Assembly (NCBI RefSeq): GCF_009834535.1
Contig: NC_045696.1
Location: 30,444,001-30,508,000, forward strand
Reading direction: 5' to 3'
DNA length: 64,000 bases
DNA from: Camelus ferus
Lineage: Eukaryota
Position 1 is the first letter of the stretch, and every line of letters begins with the position of its first letter. Made by a program: the position numbers and the translations under genes. The notes beneath the pieces were generated by a model, which saw only the letters and a list, made by a program, of their open reading frames with translations, was not told the DNA's origin and did no database searches. Below are positions 50,646 to 64,000 of the stretch, one piece after another.

Positions 50646-51832
50646 CAATTTAGACCTAAGTAAGCCATGTAGATCAGGAACATGTTTCACTGATGAGGGC
50701 CTGGGGTAAGGAAGAGGTGCCTAGTTGGAGTTATGTATAACATGTACTCCTGCCCTAGATTCTACAATCAGATGTTTCACTACAGTAGGTCTTTATGTGT
50801 TTGTATATTTTTCCTACTTTATATTGTATGCTGGTGATGCCAAAAATACAGATGATTACTATAATAAGTCAAAGGCATAATAATTGTTATTATAGTTATT
50901 AGTTTTAAAGACTTTGATTCACATTCAGAAGTACATAATAAACTTCACCAGCGACACATAAAACAAGTTGGAAATGATTTTCAAATGTGTGATCAAGTTA
51001 AACACAGTTCTGTGTTCTGATCAAAGAACTGAAGAATCAAATAAATACCAAACAAAAGTGGAAATTATGTGTTCGTACATAAAGGGTAAAATGGTTTTCC
51101 ATAAATTATCGTTACATTTGAATTTGATTTCTGAAACTTTAGTTTATTTTTCAATGTTGTTGTAGTTATTATTAAACCAAATTAGATGCACCTGTTATTT
51201 ATATTATGGTGCTGAATTAAAGCAATAGTAACTTTTTTTTGTTAAAGTGGCAGTGTTTGCCTTATTTCTTATTTCCAAAGGTGAAAGTCACTACATTTAT
51301 AATTGAATAGTGGCAGCAGAAAGTAGGGAGAAGATTTACGTAGTCTCAAGTAAGAGAGAAACTATGAACAGAAAAATCTGGCTCAGTTCCATAATAGATT
51401 TCCAATTTTTTACCTGATTAGTTGTGAGATAATTCTAAGCAGAAGCAAGGAGTGCTTCGCCTTCTAAAATAGACCAGAAAATGCTGATGAAATCCTTTGT
51501 TCTCATTACCAATATCAATGCAGATAAGAAAAAAAAAAAGTATTTTATTTTCTTCTCTCATGTGAAGTATACAGAGCTAATAAAGGAATTTAAAATATTC
51601 TCTGAAGTTATATAAAAATATATATATATATATCTATTATATATATCATATCAGAAATTAAACACTTTTGAAAATTGTTAGTTTTTATTACATTCATTTG
51701 GAAATGTCCTAAAGACTTTAAAGTCTTTCAGACATGCATGAAATGATATTGAACTTTACATTCAAAAGAGTAAACTATTATATTTAAATACAATTGCACT
51801 GTTTCAATAGTCTTGACCAAAAAGTAACATGT

Positions 51833-53003
51833 TGACTCCTTACTTCCAAGATGAGATATATTTGCTCTATTCTGCCTGTTAGTAAAAACAAAACCAAACA
51901 AAACAAAACAAAACAAAATTTAAAAAACTGCCTGTTAGTGTAAAAACCTTGAATATTATGATATTATGTATGACATAAACATAAGAGGACTCAGAAAGTT
52001 GGACATGTTGGAGAGAAGTAGGCAGAAAAACTACTGAATTCTGGACACAAAGACCAACATGGTTTTATATTTTCTAGCTTTTCTTTTTGCCTCATTTAAC
52101 CCAAATGAATGCTAGAGAATCCAATAATCTGGAAATGCCAGTTGACACAGACACTGAGTCCCAACAAAAGCCTACTCTTTATAGCCAAGTGACCAGGAAG
52201 TGGGGAACTTAGCAAGACTGAAAGCATTTAGAAAATAATGTCTCTATTGCAAGCAGATACTAACAAACAAGCAAAACCACCTGCGGGCCACACTGACCTA
52301 AGTCATTAATGGCTAAGTGGAGGGCGCAGAACTCTACTTTTGCTAGGCAATAAAGAACTACCCGCACCGCCTGCCCACCTCTCATCCCACCAGAGTGGGA
52401 CCAGAGAGGACTAAATAAAGAACTGGACTCTCACCCCCACCTGGCACACCTCTCCCTCATACTGGTGTCGGAAGGCCGTACTGGGGAGTCGTAGTAACAA
52501 GGCACTCCTGGCTCTTCCAGTCAGGGAAATATCAGTGGTTGGCTACTGGGGAACTGAAATTCCTATTTCCACCCAGCAGTGATGAGGAGTCCCCCCTCCA
52601 CTGGCTGGAGACTGAGTGGGAAACTTGGGCTTCTATCCCCATTGGGCTGTCACTAGATGCCACTCCTGTGCAGGGTCAGAGGAAGCCACCTAAAGTAAAA
52701 GGCTTAAATAAGACCCAGAGTCACATGACATAATAAAGGTTTTGGTTTCAATAGAAAAATCACTCATCATACTATGAACCAGGAAGATCTCAAACTGAAC
52801 ACAAAAAGACAATCAATAGTTGCCTACACCAAAATGACAGAGATGTTAAAATTATCTGACAGGACTTTTAAAAAGATGCTTTGACCAGCAATTCTGAGCC
52901 TGCCTGAAATGAATGAAAAAATATCCAGTCTCAGAAAAAACACAGAAAGTCTGCAAAAAGATAGAATACATAATGAAGACTCAAAGGGAAATTTTAGAAC
53001 TGA
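51833..53003 (+). mobile_element. L1 5'UTR and ORF1 start (L1MC/MD-type 5' end)
   Basis: aaaagcctactctttatagccaag...aaatcactcatcatactatgaaccaggaagatctcaaactgaa...gacagagatgttaaaattatctgac...ggaaattttagaactga. Confidence 0.78.
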
Positions 53004-53520
53004 GCTGCCAAGTGTAGGTATAGTCAGTTCAAACAACAAACCAAAATGAAAATAACCCTCCAGTCTTTAATCACTTACTGCTGTGGACATGCTGGCTCCC
53101 TCACTGTCCACTTTTCACCATGTCACAGAGCCAGGCCAGGGTCAGCACAGAGGGCTCTTTCTACTGCCAGCTGATGGCCCGCGGGGAAGGATACTGGTAA
53201 GTAAGGGCTAGGACTGGAAAAGTGCTGCATACTGAGTCAGAGTGGAGAAAAATGTCTTTAAGTTCTCCCAGGTCCCCTCTAGAAAAAGTTCTCAGCAGAA
53301 GGACTTGGGAGAGAAGCACAGGTACGAAAAACAAAAAACAAAAAGCAGAAAATGCATGGCCAACTGCGGACCCTGAATCCTTGACTGCAACTCCTTTCAG
53401 AGACTGCAGTGCACAGGCTGGGTGCAAGTCTGGTGTAGGAGGGTAGCTTTGCCCTCTGAAACCTGCCAGGAATAGCCTTTGAAATTGCCTTTGGTCGGGC
53501 CTGAAAAAATCACACACGAC

Positions 53521-53590
53521 TTTTTATTTTTTAATTGAAGTATAGTTGATTTACTGGTTGTTCATTTCTGGTGTACTGCATAACACATAT
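53521..53590 (-). mobile_element. Very short L1 3' tail (artiodactyl-type)
   Basis: ttttttaattgaagtatagttgatttac...tttctggtgtactgcata. Confidence 0.7.
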
Positions 53591-56214
53591 GGTATTTAGC
53601 CAAGAACCAGACTCCTCACTTATTAGCCCATCAGCATTATTGAATCATCACTATTTCCATTTATTTGATTAAATAGTTTGTGACTTCTCCTTTAATATGG
53701 ACTATGCCAGGTCACTCAGAAATTGAAGAAAGACAAGAAAAGAGACGAAATCTTTCACATTTGCTTCCCACTTTCTCTGGGCCTTAGAGGAGTTGAAAGG
53801 CAGAGTGTGGATGCTAAAGAAAAGGCAAACAAGCTAACTTCAAATGGAAACTTTGATTCCAAATGTTTAACTTTAGAAGCTTCATGTTAAAGTATAAATT
53901 GTCCTATTTAAGCAGAAAACTTTAAAAAAAAATGTAAACTGTCCCAATGGATATGGACTTATTTTAAAAATCTGAAGAAACATATTCAAAAACATTATAA
54001 ATTATTTCTTTTTAAACATCTGACAGTTGTGGATCTAGGGGAAAAAAATTCTATCAATTGCTTTGGTTTTCAACTCATGTTAGGGTGTTAATAATCACCA
54101 CAGTAGAAATCCTCCTCCTGGCTTTGGTTACAAATATACATAATGTGATTCAGATGATTATTTTTCCCCTAAGGGAAGATGAACTCAACTGAAATGCATT
54201 TTCTTACAGCTGACAATCCTTTACATAATCCTGATATTTTGATTAGCATTTTGAATACTTTATAAAAGGACAAAAGCAGAAAATGTCACACATATGGTAT
54301 CTCAATATGGGATTCAGATTGCATATCAGATAATGTGAAGCACATGTCAATAAAATGATTTTATTTTCTTTCTGTTTTTTAGTTTCTGGGTCATGGTGGA
54401 TGATGCTCTAACAGGATCATTTTAGTGCTTCATACAGAACTCTTGAGAATAGTTTCAAATCTTTTGCTTTGAATTCTTCAATAAATACCCAAGTATCAAC
54501 CCAAGTATTGATTCATAGATCAAAAAGTCCAGTGCAGAATTGACAAAACGATACATATTTCCTCTTGTCTTCTAAAATTATCCATTAATTCTATTTTAAA
54601 TATAAACTTTAGTTGCATATCCATAAACTTGGCCTCATAGTCAAGGAAATTATTTGTTACATTTCATTATTTTCACTGTAAAACTTCAAAGATTTTGTAA
54701 ATTTTAATGAAGGCCTAAAACTAGGGCTACAATAAAATATTTACAGAATTATCAAGCAATTATTATTTAACTCAGACCTCTGAAGGAATTAGAAATTATA
54801 AAGACACACACTCACAAACACATGTAATATTTAGTTGCTAGTTCACATTGGAACATTTCTCCTCTTCCTTAAAAATATTCCTGGTATCTCATCCTCCCAG
54901 GTTAGACTTTCTGATCATAAAAATTAAAATTTTGGTGCCCCAAATACAATGTTATTCGTTCAAACATTGTAAAAAAAAAATGAAAGTATTACAATGACAA
55001 GTGAGAACATTATTATTGTATTTGGAATTAGGCAACTGAAAATGTTAGGTGAGGACAATAATAATAAGTATTTGAGGAAATGCATGCAACATGGAGAGAA
55101 AAGGAATCATTTGTTTTTAAGTATCACTGAAGATGTCAATTTTCAACACAAAATGGTCCGATCTCCCCAAAAGTTAATTTTGTTTGGCTTGTTATAGACA
55201 AAATATATGCAAGAGTCACTAAAATAACTAAATGTTTAATGTTGTATTAATATAGCCTAGTGAGTATATAAACTTGAAAAATATATAAAGTGAACATAGT
55301 TATCCTTTTACATAAAGTGACAGAAACTGACAATCCTGAAATGTGTTTATATTTGTGTTATAATTCTATTTACATGTTAATTCCTACAAAACACTTAAAT
55401 TTAACAGAAATGTATGTGCATGTGTTTATGTATCTCTGTGTGTATATTTAATCTTCGAGAAAGTTGACTTTTTTCCCCTTAGTGAAGTTTTTCTTTAATT
55501 TGCAAATAGTACTTTGGTCAATGAACCTATGTTTCACACTGTGTTTTTTATTGTTTAATAACAAAGAAATAGTGGCCGCGCCCTTGCTGTCTTTGTCTAA
55601 CGTATCTGAGTGCTTTATCCTACTTGATTTCATTTGTTCATGGAATATCTTAGGCATTAAAATTTTAAATCATAAACTTGCAATGAATCAGTGAATTATG
55701 AAGGTGTGTATATTTAAAGACTCACTATTCCATTGATTGTTCAGTAAATTGAATAATTTCTCATGAATCTCGACTTTGTTGTGTTGGTTGGTTGTTTTAT
55801 GGTAGATATTGTTGCAGCCAGATTTTCAAGCCTTTCATTTATTATGTTAAAATACAGACACCAAAGAAAGCTAATAATTTATTCAGTATTTTATTTAAAC
55901 AGTAGAAATCATGCAGCTATTACTAAAGGTATTCCTTATATATTGCTCTTTAAAAGAAAATGCCTTCCAAATTTACTATAATAGTCATTTTCCCTTTAGA
56001 CTATGCAAACGGTCGATTCTTAGTGAAACTGTGGCTTGGCATATATTATTTTAATATCTTGATAAGACTTAAAAAGTCTTAAGACATAGAAGAATGATTG
56101 ATAATAACATATAAATGATTTTGTATAAAATAAAGAAGTTAAATAGTTTGTTGGGGAAAGTCAAATAGCAATGTAAGTGAATCTTTCTGCAAACAAGTGC
56201 TCAATTCATTAAAT

Positions 56215-58495
56215 GATATTTTGTGAGGTATTATTAACATTTGAAAAAAATACATATTTAAAAATTGTACAGATTGTAAGTTTTGACACATGTGATGAAA
56301 CCATCGTCACAATCAATAGAGGGAACTTACCTTCACCCCCAGACATTTTCTCATAATCTTTGTAATCACTCTCATCTTCCTTGTTCTTCTCTCCAAACAA
56401 TAATTGATCTGCTCTTTGTCACTATAGGTTAATTTGCCTTTTCAGATATACTATATATATTATATACATTAATAAAATCAAACCAAATGTAATTTTTTGG
56501 GACTGGCTTCTATACTCAACAGAATTCTCTGAGATTCTTCCATGTTGCATGTTTTAGTAGCTCATTAATTTACATTGCAGAGTAGTTTCCATTATGTGGA
56601 TTTATCAAAAGTTAATTTTCATCTGCCTGTTGATGGCATTTGAATTGTTTCCAGCTTCGACTATCACAGTGAAGTTGCTGTAGACATTTGTGTGGAAGGC
56701 TTTGCGAGGAGATACACTTTTTTTCCCTTGAGTAAATACCTAGGAATAGAATGAATCTCTTCTATTTTTAGGTATATGTTTAATTTTTAAGAAACTGTCA
56801 AACTGTTTTTTGTTTGTCCCAGGGAATATTCCTACTAAGTGTATAATAGTTCCAATTCTTCCACAACCTTGACAGTTCTAGTTATCTTCAATGTATAGTC
56901 ATTTTAATAGATGTTCAATGGTATATCATTCTGCCTTAATTTTTTATTTCCCTAATGACTAATTATATTGAGCATCTTTTCACAAAAATTATGCCACCTG
57001 TATATATTCTTTGAAAAAAGAGGTGTTCAATTAATTTGCTAATGTTTTTAAATATTTTGTTTTTTTTTATTAGCAAGTTTGGATAGGAAATACTGGACAA
57101 TAAGTTTTCATTAGATGCATGCTTTGCAAATATTTTAATTCACTTCATGGCTTGTGTTTTAATTTTGTTAATAGTATCTTCAAAAGATAAAGTTCACTTT
57201 TTATGGAATGTTTATTGTTTTATGAAGGAAATAGATACAACCTAATTGAAAGAAACTAAGATCACAATGATTTTTCGTTTTTTTTTTTTCCTAGAAGCTT
57301 TATAGTTTTAGGTTGCATTTTTAGGTCCATCATCCATTTTAGTTAGTTTTTGTATATGGTGCAAGTTCATTTACTTGTATAAGGATATCCAGTTGTTCTT
57401 GCAATAAATGTTGAAAATATTAATTTTTTTCTCCACTAAGTTACCTTTGTATTTTTGTCAAAAATTGTCTAAAACTGATCTGGTAAAAACTGAATAAGGT
57501 GTGTGTTCTAATTGAATCTATGTCAATTTTTGTTGTTATGACATTGTACTGCAGTTGTGTAAAATGTCATGGTGTGGGGAGCTAGGTGAAGAGTTCAAGG
57601 TACTCTATTTTTGCAATTTACTATAAGTTCATAATAGTTTCTAAATAAAAGGTTACAAGTTTTGTTGTCCATTTATATTTGGATATACATCTGGATTCTC
57701 TATTCCGTTCCATTGATGAATATTTTTTCTCTTTATGCCAATACCACACATACTTCATTACTGCAGCTTTATAAGAAAACAAAATTAAATGCCATTAACC
57801 CTCCAACTTTGTTCTTCTTTTTCAGTGTTGTTGTTTTTTACCTGTTCTTGAATTTTAGAATCAATCAACTTTTCTGTTTCCACAAACAGCCTACTAGAAT
57901 TTTGATTGGGATATATATTAATCTATAGATCAATTTAAGGAGGAATTGAAATCCTAACAACTTTGAGTATTCTGACCAATAAAGCCAGTATGTATCTCCT
58001 TTTATCTAGGTCTTCTTCGGTCAGCAATATTTTATAGTTTTCATTATACAGATCCTAAAATATTTAGTCTGATTTTCCCCAAATTATTTTGTTTTACATG
58101 CTATTATAAATAGATTGTTAGCCAGTTTGCAATAACTTTTTGCTAATAAGCATATAGAAATACATTTGATTATTTTAGGTTGGTCTGGTATACTGCATCC
58201 ATGCTGAATTTGATTCTAGAGCTTTTTTGTATATTTCATTGACCACATCACCTGCAAATAGGGGAAATTACTTCTTACTTTCAAATATGTAGGCTTTCAT
58301 TTATTCTCTTGATTTATTGCACTGGTTAGTATTGGCAATAGAGGTTGGATATAAGTGATGGGAACAGCCACATTTATTTTGTTATAGAACTTAGAATGTC
58401 TTCACACATTCATTATGAAATATGGTGTTCTCTGTTATTTTCATCGATAGCATTTTTTTCAGGCGAAAGAAGTTCCTTCTTTATCTATGAATGAC
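56215..58495 (-). mobile_element. L1ME/MD-type 3'UTR and ORF2
   Basis: aagttttgacacatgtgatgaaacc...gagtaaatacctagga...ttccctaatgactaatt...gaattttgattggg. Confidence 0.82.
57470..57655 (+). mobile_element. L1 3' tail in opposite orientation, nested in the host L1
   Basis: tgaataaggtgtgtg...cattgtactgcagttgtgtaaaatgtca...gctaggtgaagag...ttctaaataaaaggtta. Confidence 0.7.
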
Positions 58496-58984
58496 TGCAT
58501 ATGAGTAGCTTTTATTTCAGATGATTTTTTTACAGTAGTTTTAGGCTCAAAGCAAAATTGAGGGGTAATTACGGAGTTTTCCCATATAGCCTCTGCCCCT
58601 ACATGTGCATAGCTCGCCCCATTTTCAACATCCCCCACCAGAGAGTTACATTTGTTATAACTTTGAACCTACACTAACACAGCATAATCAAAAAAAGTCC
58701 ATAGTTTACATGAGGGCTCATTCTTGGTGCTGTACATTCTGTGGGGTTGGAATACTGTATGATGACATGTAGCCATTATTACAATATCACACAGTATTTT
58801 CAGTGACCTAAAGATCTTGTGTTCCATCTATTCATCCTGCCTTGCTCCAACCTGTGACAACCACTGATCTTTTTACTTTCTCGTCAGTTTTACCTTCTTC
58901 AGAATGTCCTGTAGTTGGAATCACGTAGTACACGGCCTTTTCAGATTGGCTTCTTGAACTTAACAATATGTGCTTAAGGTTCTT

Positions 58985-59197
58985 TCATGTCTTTTCATGG
59001 CTTGAGAGCTCATCTCTTTTTAGTTCTGAATAGGGTTCCATTGTCTGGACATACCATAGTTTATCTATCGATTCACTTACAGAAAACACCTTCTGAGTAA
59101 GGGCAATTATGAATAAAGCCATCATAAACATTCTTGTGCCATTTTTTGTGTGGACATAAGCTTTCAACTGTTTTGGGTAAATACCAAGAAGGACCAC
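58985..59197 (-). pseudogene. Decayed L1 ORF2p C-terminus
   Basis: LLGIYPKQLKAYVHTK..TRMF..ALFIIA....DKLWYVQTME.YS.LKRDEL matches the conserved L1 ORF2p C-terminal region. Confidence 0.85.
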
Positions 59198-61625
59198 ATG
59201 GTTTAAGACTGTGTTTAATTTTGTAAGGAAGTGTCAAACGGTCTTTCAAAATGACTGTGCCATTTTTTTTTTATTATTTTCAGGAAGGAGTGAGAGTTCC
59301 TTTGGCTCCACATCCTTATCAGCATTTGATGTTGCCAGAGTTCGGAATTTTGGTCATTCTAACAGGTATGTAGTGGTTTTCACCTTTGTTTTAATTTGCA
59401 TTTCCCTGATGATGTATGATATATTTTTTCATATGCTTATTTGCCATTTTTATGTCTTATTTGATCAGGTGTCTATTCAAATCTTTTGCCTATTTTTAAT
59501 CCAGATATTTGTTTTCCTATTTTTTGATTTTTAAGATCTCTTTGTGTGTTTTAGATAATAGTCCTTTATAATATGTATATATTTTGCAAATACTTTCTCA
59601 TTCTGTTGCTTATTTTTTCATTCCCTTGTCATTATCTTTTACAGAGCAAAATTTTTTTATTTTAATGAAGTCCAGATTATCAATTATTTCTTTCATGGAA
59701 CATGCCTTTTTTTTGGTATCTAAAAAGCTATCACCATATACAAGGTCATTTAGGATTTTTTCCTATGTTATATTCTAGGAGTTTTATAGTTTTGTCTTTT
59801 ACATTTAGTCATTTCATCCATTTTGAGTTAATTTTTATGAAGGCTTTAAGACGTGTCTAGATACACTTCTTTTGCATGTGAATATACAGATGTTAAGCAC
59901 AATTTGTTGGAAATACATTCTTTGCTCCATGGTATTGCCTTTGCTTCTAGAATTGACTAGATTTATGAAAGTTTATTTCTGGACTCTCTATTTTGTTTCA
60001 CTGATCTATTTGTGTACCACACTATTGTGATAACTGTAGCTTTACCATCTTAAAGTCAGGTAGTGTCTCTTTGCCAAATTTGTCTATCTCCTTCAGTATT
60101 ATCTTGGCTATACTGAGTCTTTTTCCACTTTATATAAAATTTAGGGGAAAAATTATAGATATCCATAAAATAACTTGTCGTAATTTTGATTAGGATTGCA
60201 TTGAATCTATGCATCAAGTTGAGAAGAACTGACATTCTGACAGTATTGAGTCTTTCTACCCCTGAATATGTAATATCTTTCTATTTATTTAGTTATTTGA
60301 TTTTGTTCATCAGAGTTTGTAATTGTCATTATAGCAACCTGTACAGAATTGATTTTGTTTATTAACTTTGTGTCCTTCAACCTTGATATAATTGCTTCTT
60401 ATTCTGGAAGTGTTTATGTCAATTCTGTCTGATTTTCTACATAGACAATCACACTACCTGCAAACAAAGATAGTTTTATTTATTCCTTTCCAATCTGTAT
60501 ACCTTTATTGTGTTCCTTTGCCTTATTACATAACCTAGGACTTCCAGTACAATGTTGAAATGTGGTGTTGAGAGAATATATACTTGCCTTGTTCCTGATC
60601 TTAGTGGGAAAGTTTCTAGTTTCTCACATTTAAGTATTAAGTTAACTGTGAGTTTTTTGGAATTTTTTTAAATCAAGTTGAGGTAGTTTCCATTAATTCT
60701 TAGTTTATGTGAGATTTTATCACGAATGGTTGTTGGATATTGTCAAATACTTTTTTCTGTGTCTAGTGATATGATCATGTGATTTTTCTTTTTTAGACTA
60801 TTAATATGATGGATACATTAATTTTTGTATGTTGAATGAGCCTTGCATATCTGGGATAAATCCCACTCAGCCATGGTTTATAAATCTTTTTATTTACTGT
60901 TAGATTCAACTCCCTACTAGTTTGTTCAGGATTTCTGCATCTATGTTCATGACAGATATTGGTCTGTATATTTCTTTTCTAGTTAAGTATTTTTTTTATT
61001 TTAGTATTATAATTATTCTGGACTCATTGAATGAATTGGGAAGAATTCAGTCTGTTTCTATCTTCTGAAAGAAAGTGTAGAGAATTGATGTGATTTCCTT
61101 CCTAAATGGTTGGTAGAATTCACTGATAAACTCATATGGGTTTTGGAAGGTGCTTTCTGTTTTGGAAGGTGACTAACTATTGCTTCAGTTTCTTCAGTGA
61201 ATCAAGGATAACTCATATTCATAGTGTCTATTTGTTCTTGTGTGAGTTTTGGTGGATTGTGTCTTTCAAGGAATTTGTTTCATCTGTGTTATCAAATTTA
61301 TGAGCATAGAATTTTTCATAGTATTCCTGTCTTCTTTTAATGTCCATGGGATCTGTGATGGTGACCTCTCATTTTCTGATATTAGCAATTTGATTCCTCT
61401 CTCTTTTTTTCTTAGCCCAACTAGAGGCTTATAAATTTTATTATTGTTTCAGAAATCTACTTTTTAAAAATATACAATAGATACATCAACTCTTAATGTT
61501 CTTGATGGTTGACTTTAATGCCTGTGTCAGTTTTGAATTGATTTAAATTGATTAATTTTTCTGCCTTATGGGATCATATTTTCCTGTTTCTTTGCGTTCT
61601 GAATATCCTTTCATGGAGTGCCTGA

Positions 61626-62060
61626 TGTAAAGGTGTATTTTATGTGTCAAATTAGCTATGAAACAGTGTCCAGATATTTGAACATACATTATTCTGAATG
61701 TCTTTGTGAAGATTTTTGGGGGGTGAGGTTAACATTTAAATGAATGGATTTTGAGTAGATTACCCTGTTACATGGCTGAGTCTCATCCAATCATTTGAAG
61801 GCTTTAGTAGAACAAACACTGATTTCCCTCAAACAAAAAGAAATTCTGCCAGGAAAATGCCTTTCATTCAAGTTGCAGGAAGGAGTGCCTGCAGAATTCC
61901 ATACTGCCAGCCTATCCTATAGATTTTGGATTTACCAAGCCCCTCTACTATCACTTGAGCCAGTTCCTTAAAATCTCTTGATAGATACATACATACATAG
62001 ATACACAGACAGATGTACACACATCCTTTTCTGTTTCTCTGGAGAGCCTTAACTAATACA
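61626..62060 (+). mobile_element. MLT2-type ERVL solo LTR
   Basis: tgtaaaggtgtattttatgtgtcaa...ctcatccaatcatttgaaggc...ttctgtttctctggagagccttaactaataca; imperfect TSD cctga/ctaga. Confidence 0.88.
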
Positions 62061-62341
62061 CTAGATGTATATTTTACTTTTTTTGTGATGGATATTTTAT
62101 AGTTCTACACCTATTATTGAGCTTTGCTCTAAAATGTAATTATGCTTAACTATTTTGTTTCTTGCTTTTAGCAATTGTTAAGTGGGACCAGAAGAGAACT
62201 TAATCTAGGGTTAGTTATTACACCCCTTTCTGAGGCAAGACCATTCTGGATAGTTCTCCCAATATCTTGTGAATTATGAAGCTTTCCTTTGTGAGCGCCA
62301 GACACTGTTCCCTTTAAACCTTTTGGATAGTTCTTTCCTTG

Positions 62342-62717
62342 TGTCTTAGTCAGCCTAAGCTGCAATAAAAAAGTAGCAGAGAGTGGGTGGCTCATTAAAA
62401 AAAAAAAAGTCAGAAATTTGTTTCTCATGGTTTCGGAGGCTGGAAGTGTGAAATCAGGGTGTCAGCATGGTCAGGTTCTGGTGAGAACTCTCCTTTACAC
62501 TCTGCAGATTGCAGATTTATCCTTGTATTTTCACAAGGCAGAAAGAGAGAAAGCTAGTTCTCTGGTCTCTTCTTATAAGGGCATTTATCTCATTCATGAG
62601 GACTCTACTATCATGACTGAATTACCTTTCAAAGGCTTCACCTAATAAATAGCATCATATTGGGAATTAAATTTCAAAAATGAATTTTGAAGGTACATAA
62701 GCATTCAGCCCATAACA
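62342..62717 (-). mobile_element. MaLR LTR MLT1A0-like (3' LTR of a provirus)
   Basis: tgtcttagtcagcctaagctgc...ggaggctggaagtgtgaaatcagggtgtcagcatgg...cattcagcccataaca. Confidence 0.9.
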
Positions 62718-64000
62718 TTTTGCCCCTGACCACCAAAATTCATGTCCTTCTTTCATAAAAATTACATTTATTCCATCCCAACACTCACAAAAGTCTTGAC
62801 TTTTTCCAGCATTAACTCTAAAATCTAAAGTCTCACCTAAATATAATCTAAATGAGACATGGGAGGGACTCAAGGTATGATTCATCCTAAGGCAGAATTT
62901 CTCCCCAGCTGTCAACTTGCAAAACCAAACAAGTTACATGCTTCTAAAATATAATAATGGGACAGGAATAGGTTAGGCATTCCCATTCCAAAGGGAGGAA
63001 AAGGGAAGAAGAAAATGATGGTAAGTCCCAAACAAGTCCAAAACCTGGTGAGGCATGAGATCTTAAGTATTGGCTATAAACTCTTCAGCTCATTGCTCTG
63101 CCCCTCAGGCTCACTAGGGTAGTGGTCCTGCTGCCACAGGGGAGTGGGAGAGGTTCCTGCCTAACAGTTCTGCAGGCCAGAGATCAAGCCCCCATGGCTT
63201 TGGGAGGAGGTTGACTGCCTTACTGAAAATGAGGCAATGGCCCCCACTTTTGAAACTGAGGAAGCAGCCCTGATAATCTCTGAATCGCCTTCCTTTATGT
63301 TAGTAAATAGATGATGTTCACAGCCAAATAGCTTTATAATCCCATCCTGTAAATCTATAAAGCCTGACAATCTTTCTTAAGTCTGTCCTGTCTCCTTCTT
63401 CTTCAGTTCAAACTGCAGTTTTCTTGTTGGGGTAGTTGATTAAGTCCAGGGTTCATATGCATGCTAGTCTCCTTATCCAGTGGCTACTTAGCTATACACT
63501 TAGTATTCTCTTCTGAACATGCTTTCTCATTTTTAAGCAATATGGATGGGCTGAGAATTTTCCAAATTTAATTTCTAGTTCCTTTTTGCTTAATAATTCA
63601 ATCTTCAAGTCATTTCTCTCTACTCTTACATTTTACTCTAAGCAGTCAGGAGGACAAAGTGCTCCTTTACAAGTATTCTCCTGGCCTATATGTCTGGTCC
63701 CATTGCTTGTGAGTCTTCCCTTCCACAAAACACTAGAACAGGAATCCAGTTTGACCAATTTTTTGCCACTGTATAATAAGGATCATCTGTTTTTTGTTGT
63801 CCAGTAACAGTTCCTCATTTCTGCCTGAGACCTCACTAAAATGGCCTTTACTGTCCACATTTCTACCAGCACACTGTACATGATTATTTCTATATTCTCT
63901 AAGAAAACAAAACTTTCTTTAGATTTCTGAGACTTCAGTAGGTTTGCCTTTAAAAATCCTTGCACACCTATCTTGGCTTCTTCTACCTGCTTTTCAATAC
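62718..64000 (-). mobile_element. MaLR internal sequence (MLT1A0-int), running off the window
   Basis: Polypurine tract (ttttgcccct on plus) abutting the LTR, then aaattcatgtcctt..., cattcccattccaaagggag, and aatggcctttactgtccacatttct. Confidence 0.85.

Larger units (their letters stand above)
58505..62340 (-). mobile_element. L1MC1/2-type element (3'UTR, ORF2, partial 5' region)
   Basis: cagtagttttaggctcaaagcaaaattgagg... 3'UTR, continuous antisense ORF2-like sequence to about 61450, then interrupted by MLT2. Confidence 0.85.

Noticed and set aside
59211..59534. 107-aa ORF
   Set aside because: It is an antisense reading of L1 ORF2, a common artefact.
1..64000. CRISPR arrays, operons, tRNA/rRNA genes, processed pseudogenes of host genes, or a novel multi-gene system
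   Set aside because: I found no regularly spaced repeat-spacer array, long ORF or recognisable structural RNA. The sequence is ordinary repeat-rich mammalian non-coding DNA.

Overview
This is AT-rich, CpG-depleted placental mammal genomic DNA. It is probably camelid, an inference from the two young L1 3' ends at 29187-29704 and 40594-40858 and from the absence of Alu, B1/B2, Bov-tA, CHR, PRE1 and Can-SINE elements. I find no intact protein-coding gene, RNA gene or CRISPR array. The supplied ORFs are chance frames or decayed L1 ORF1/ORF2 remnants. A large part of the window is a fossil record of transposable elements: L1 (MB/MC/MD/ME-type and lineage-specific), L2, MIR, MaLR LTRs (MLT1), ERVL LTRs (MER21C, LTR33, LTR16, MLT2), ERV1 LTRs (MER41-like, MER34-like) and DNA transposons (MER44, MER53, MER5, MER20B, MER58). 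Several are nested and several keep readable target-site duplications (TSDs). The most promising non-repeat signals are: (i) minus-strand exon-like segments with strong splice sites at 670-927 and 2308-2491, with local CpG retention and a 33-codon Kozak ORF, suggesting 5'UTR or lncRNA exons of a transcript running off the left edge; (ii) candidate enhancers with a perfect DR1 (47041) and a perfect FOX:ETS composite (41671). I do not see a convincing novel biological system. Repeat family names come from recalled consensus sequences, not from a database search, and boundaries without a TSD are approximate.
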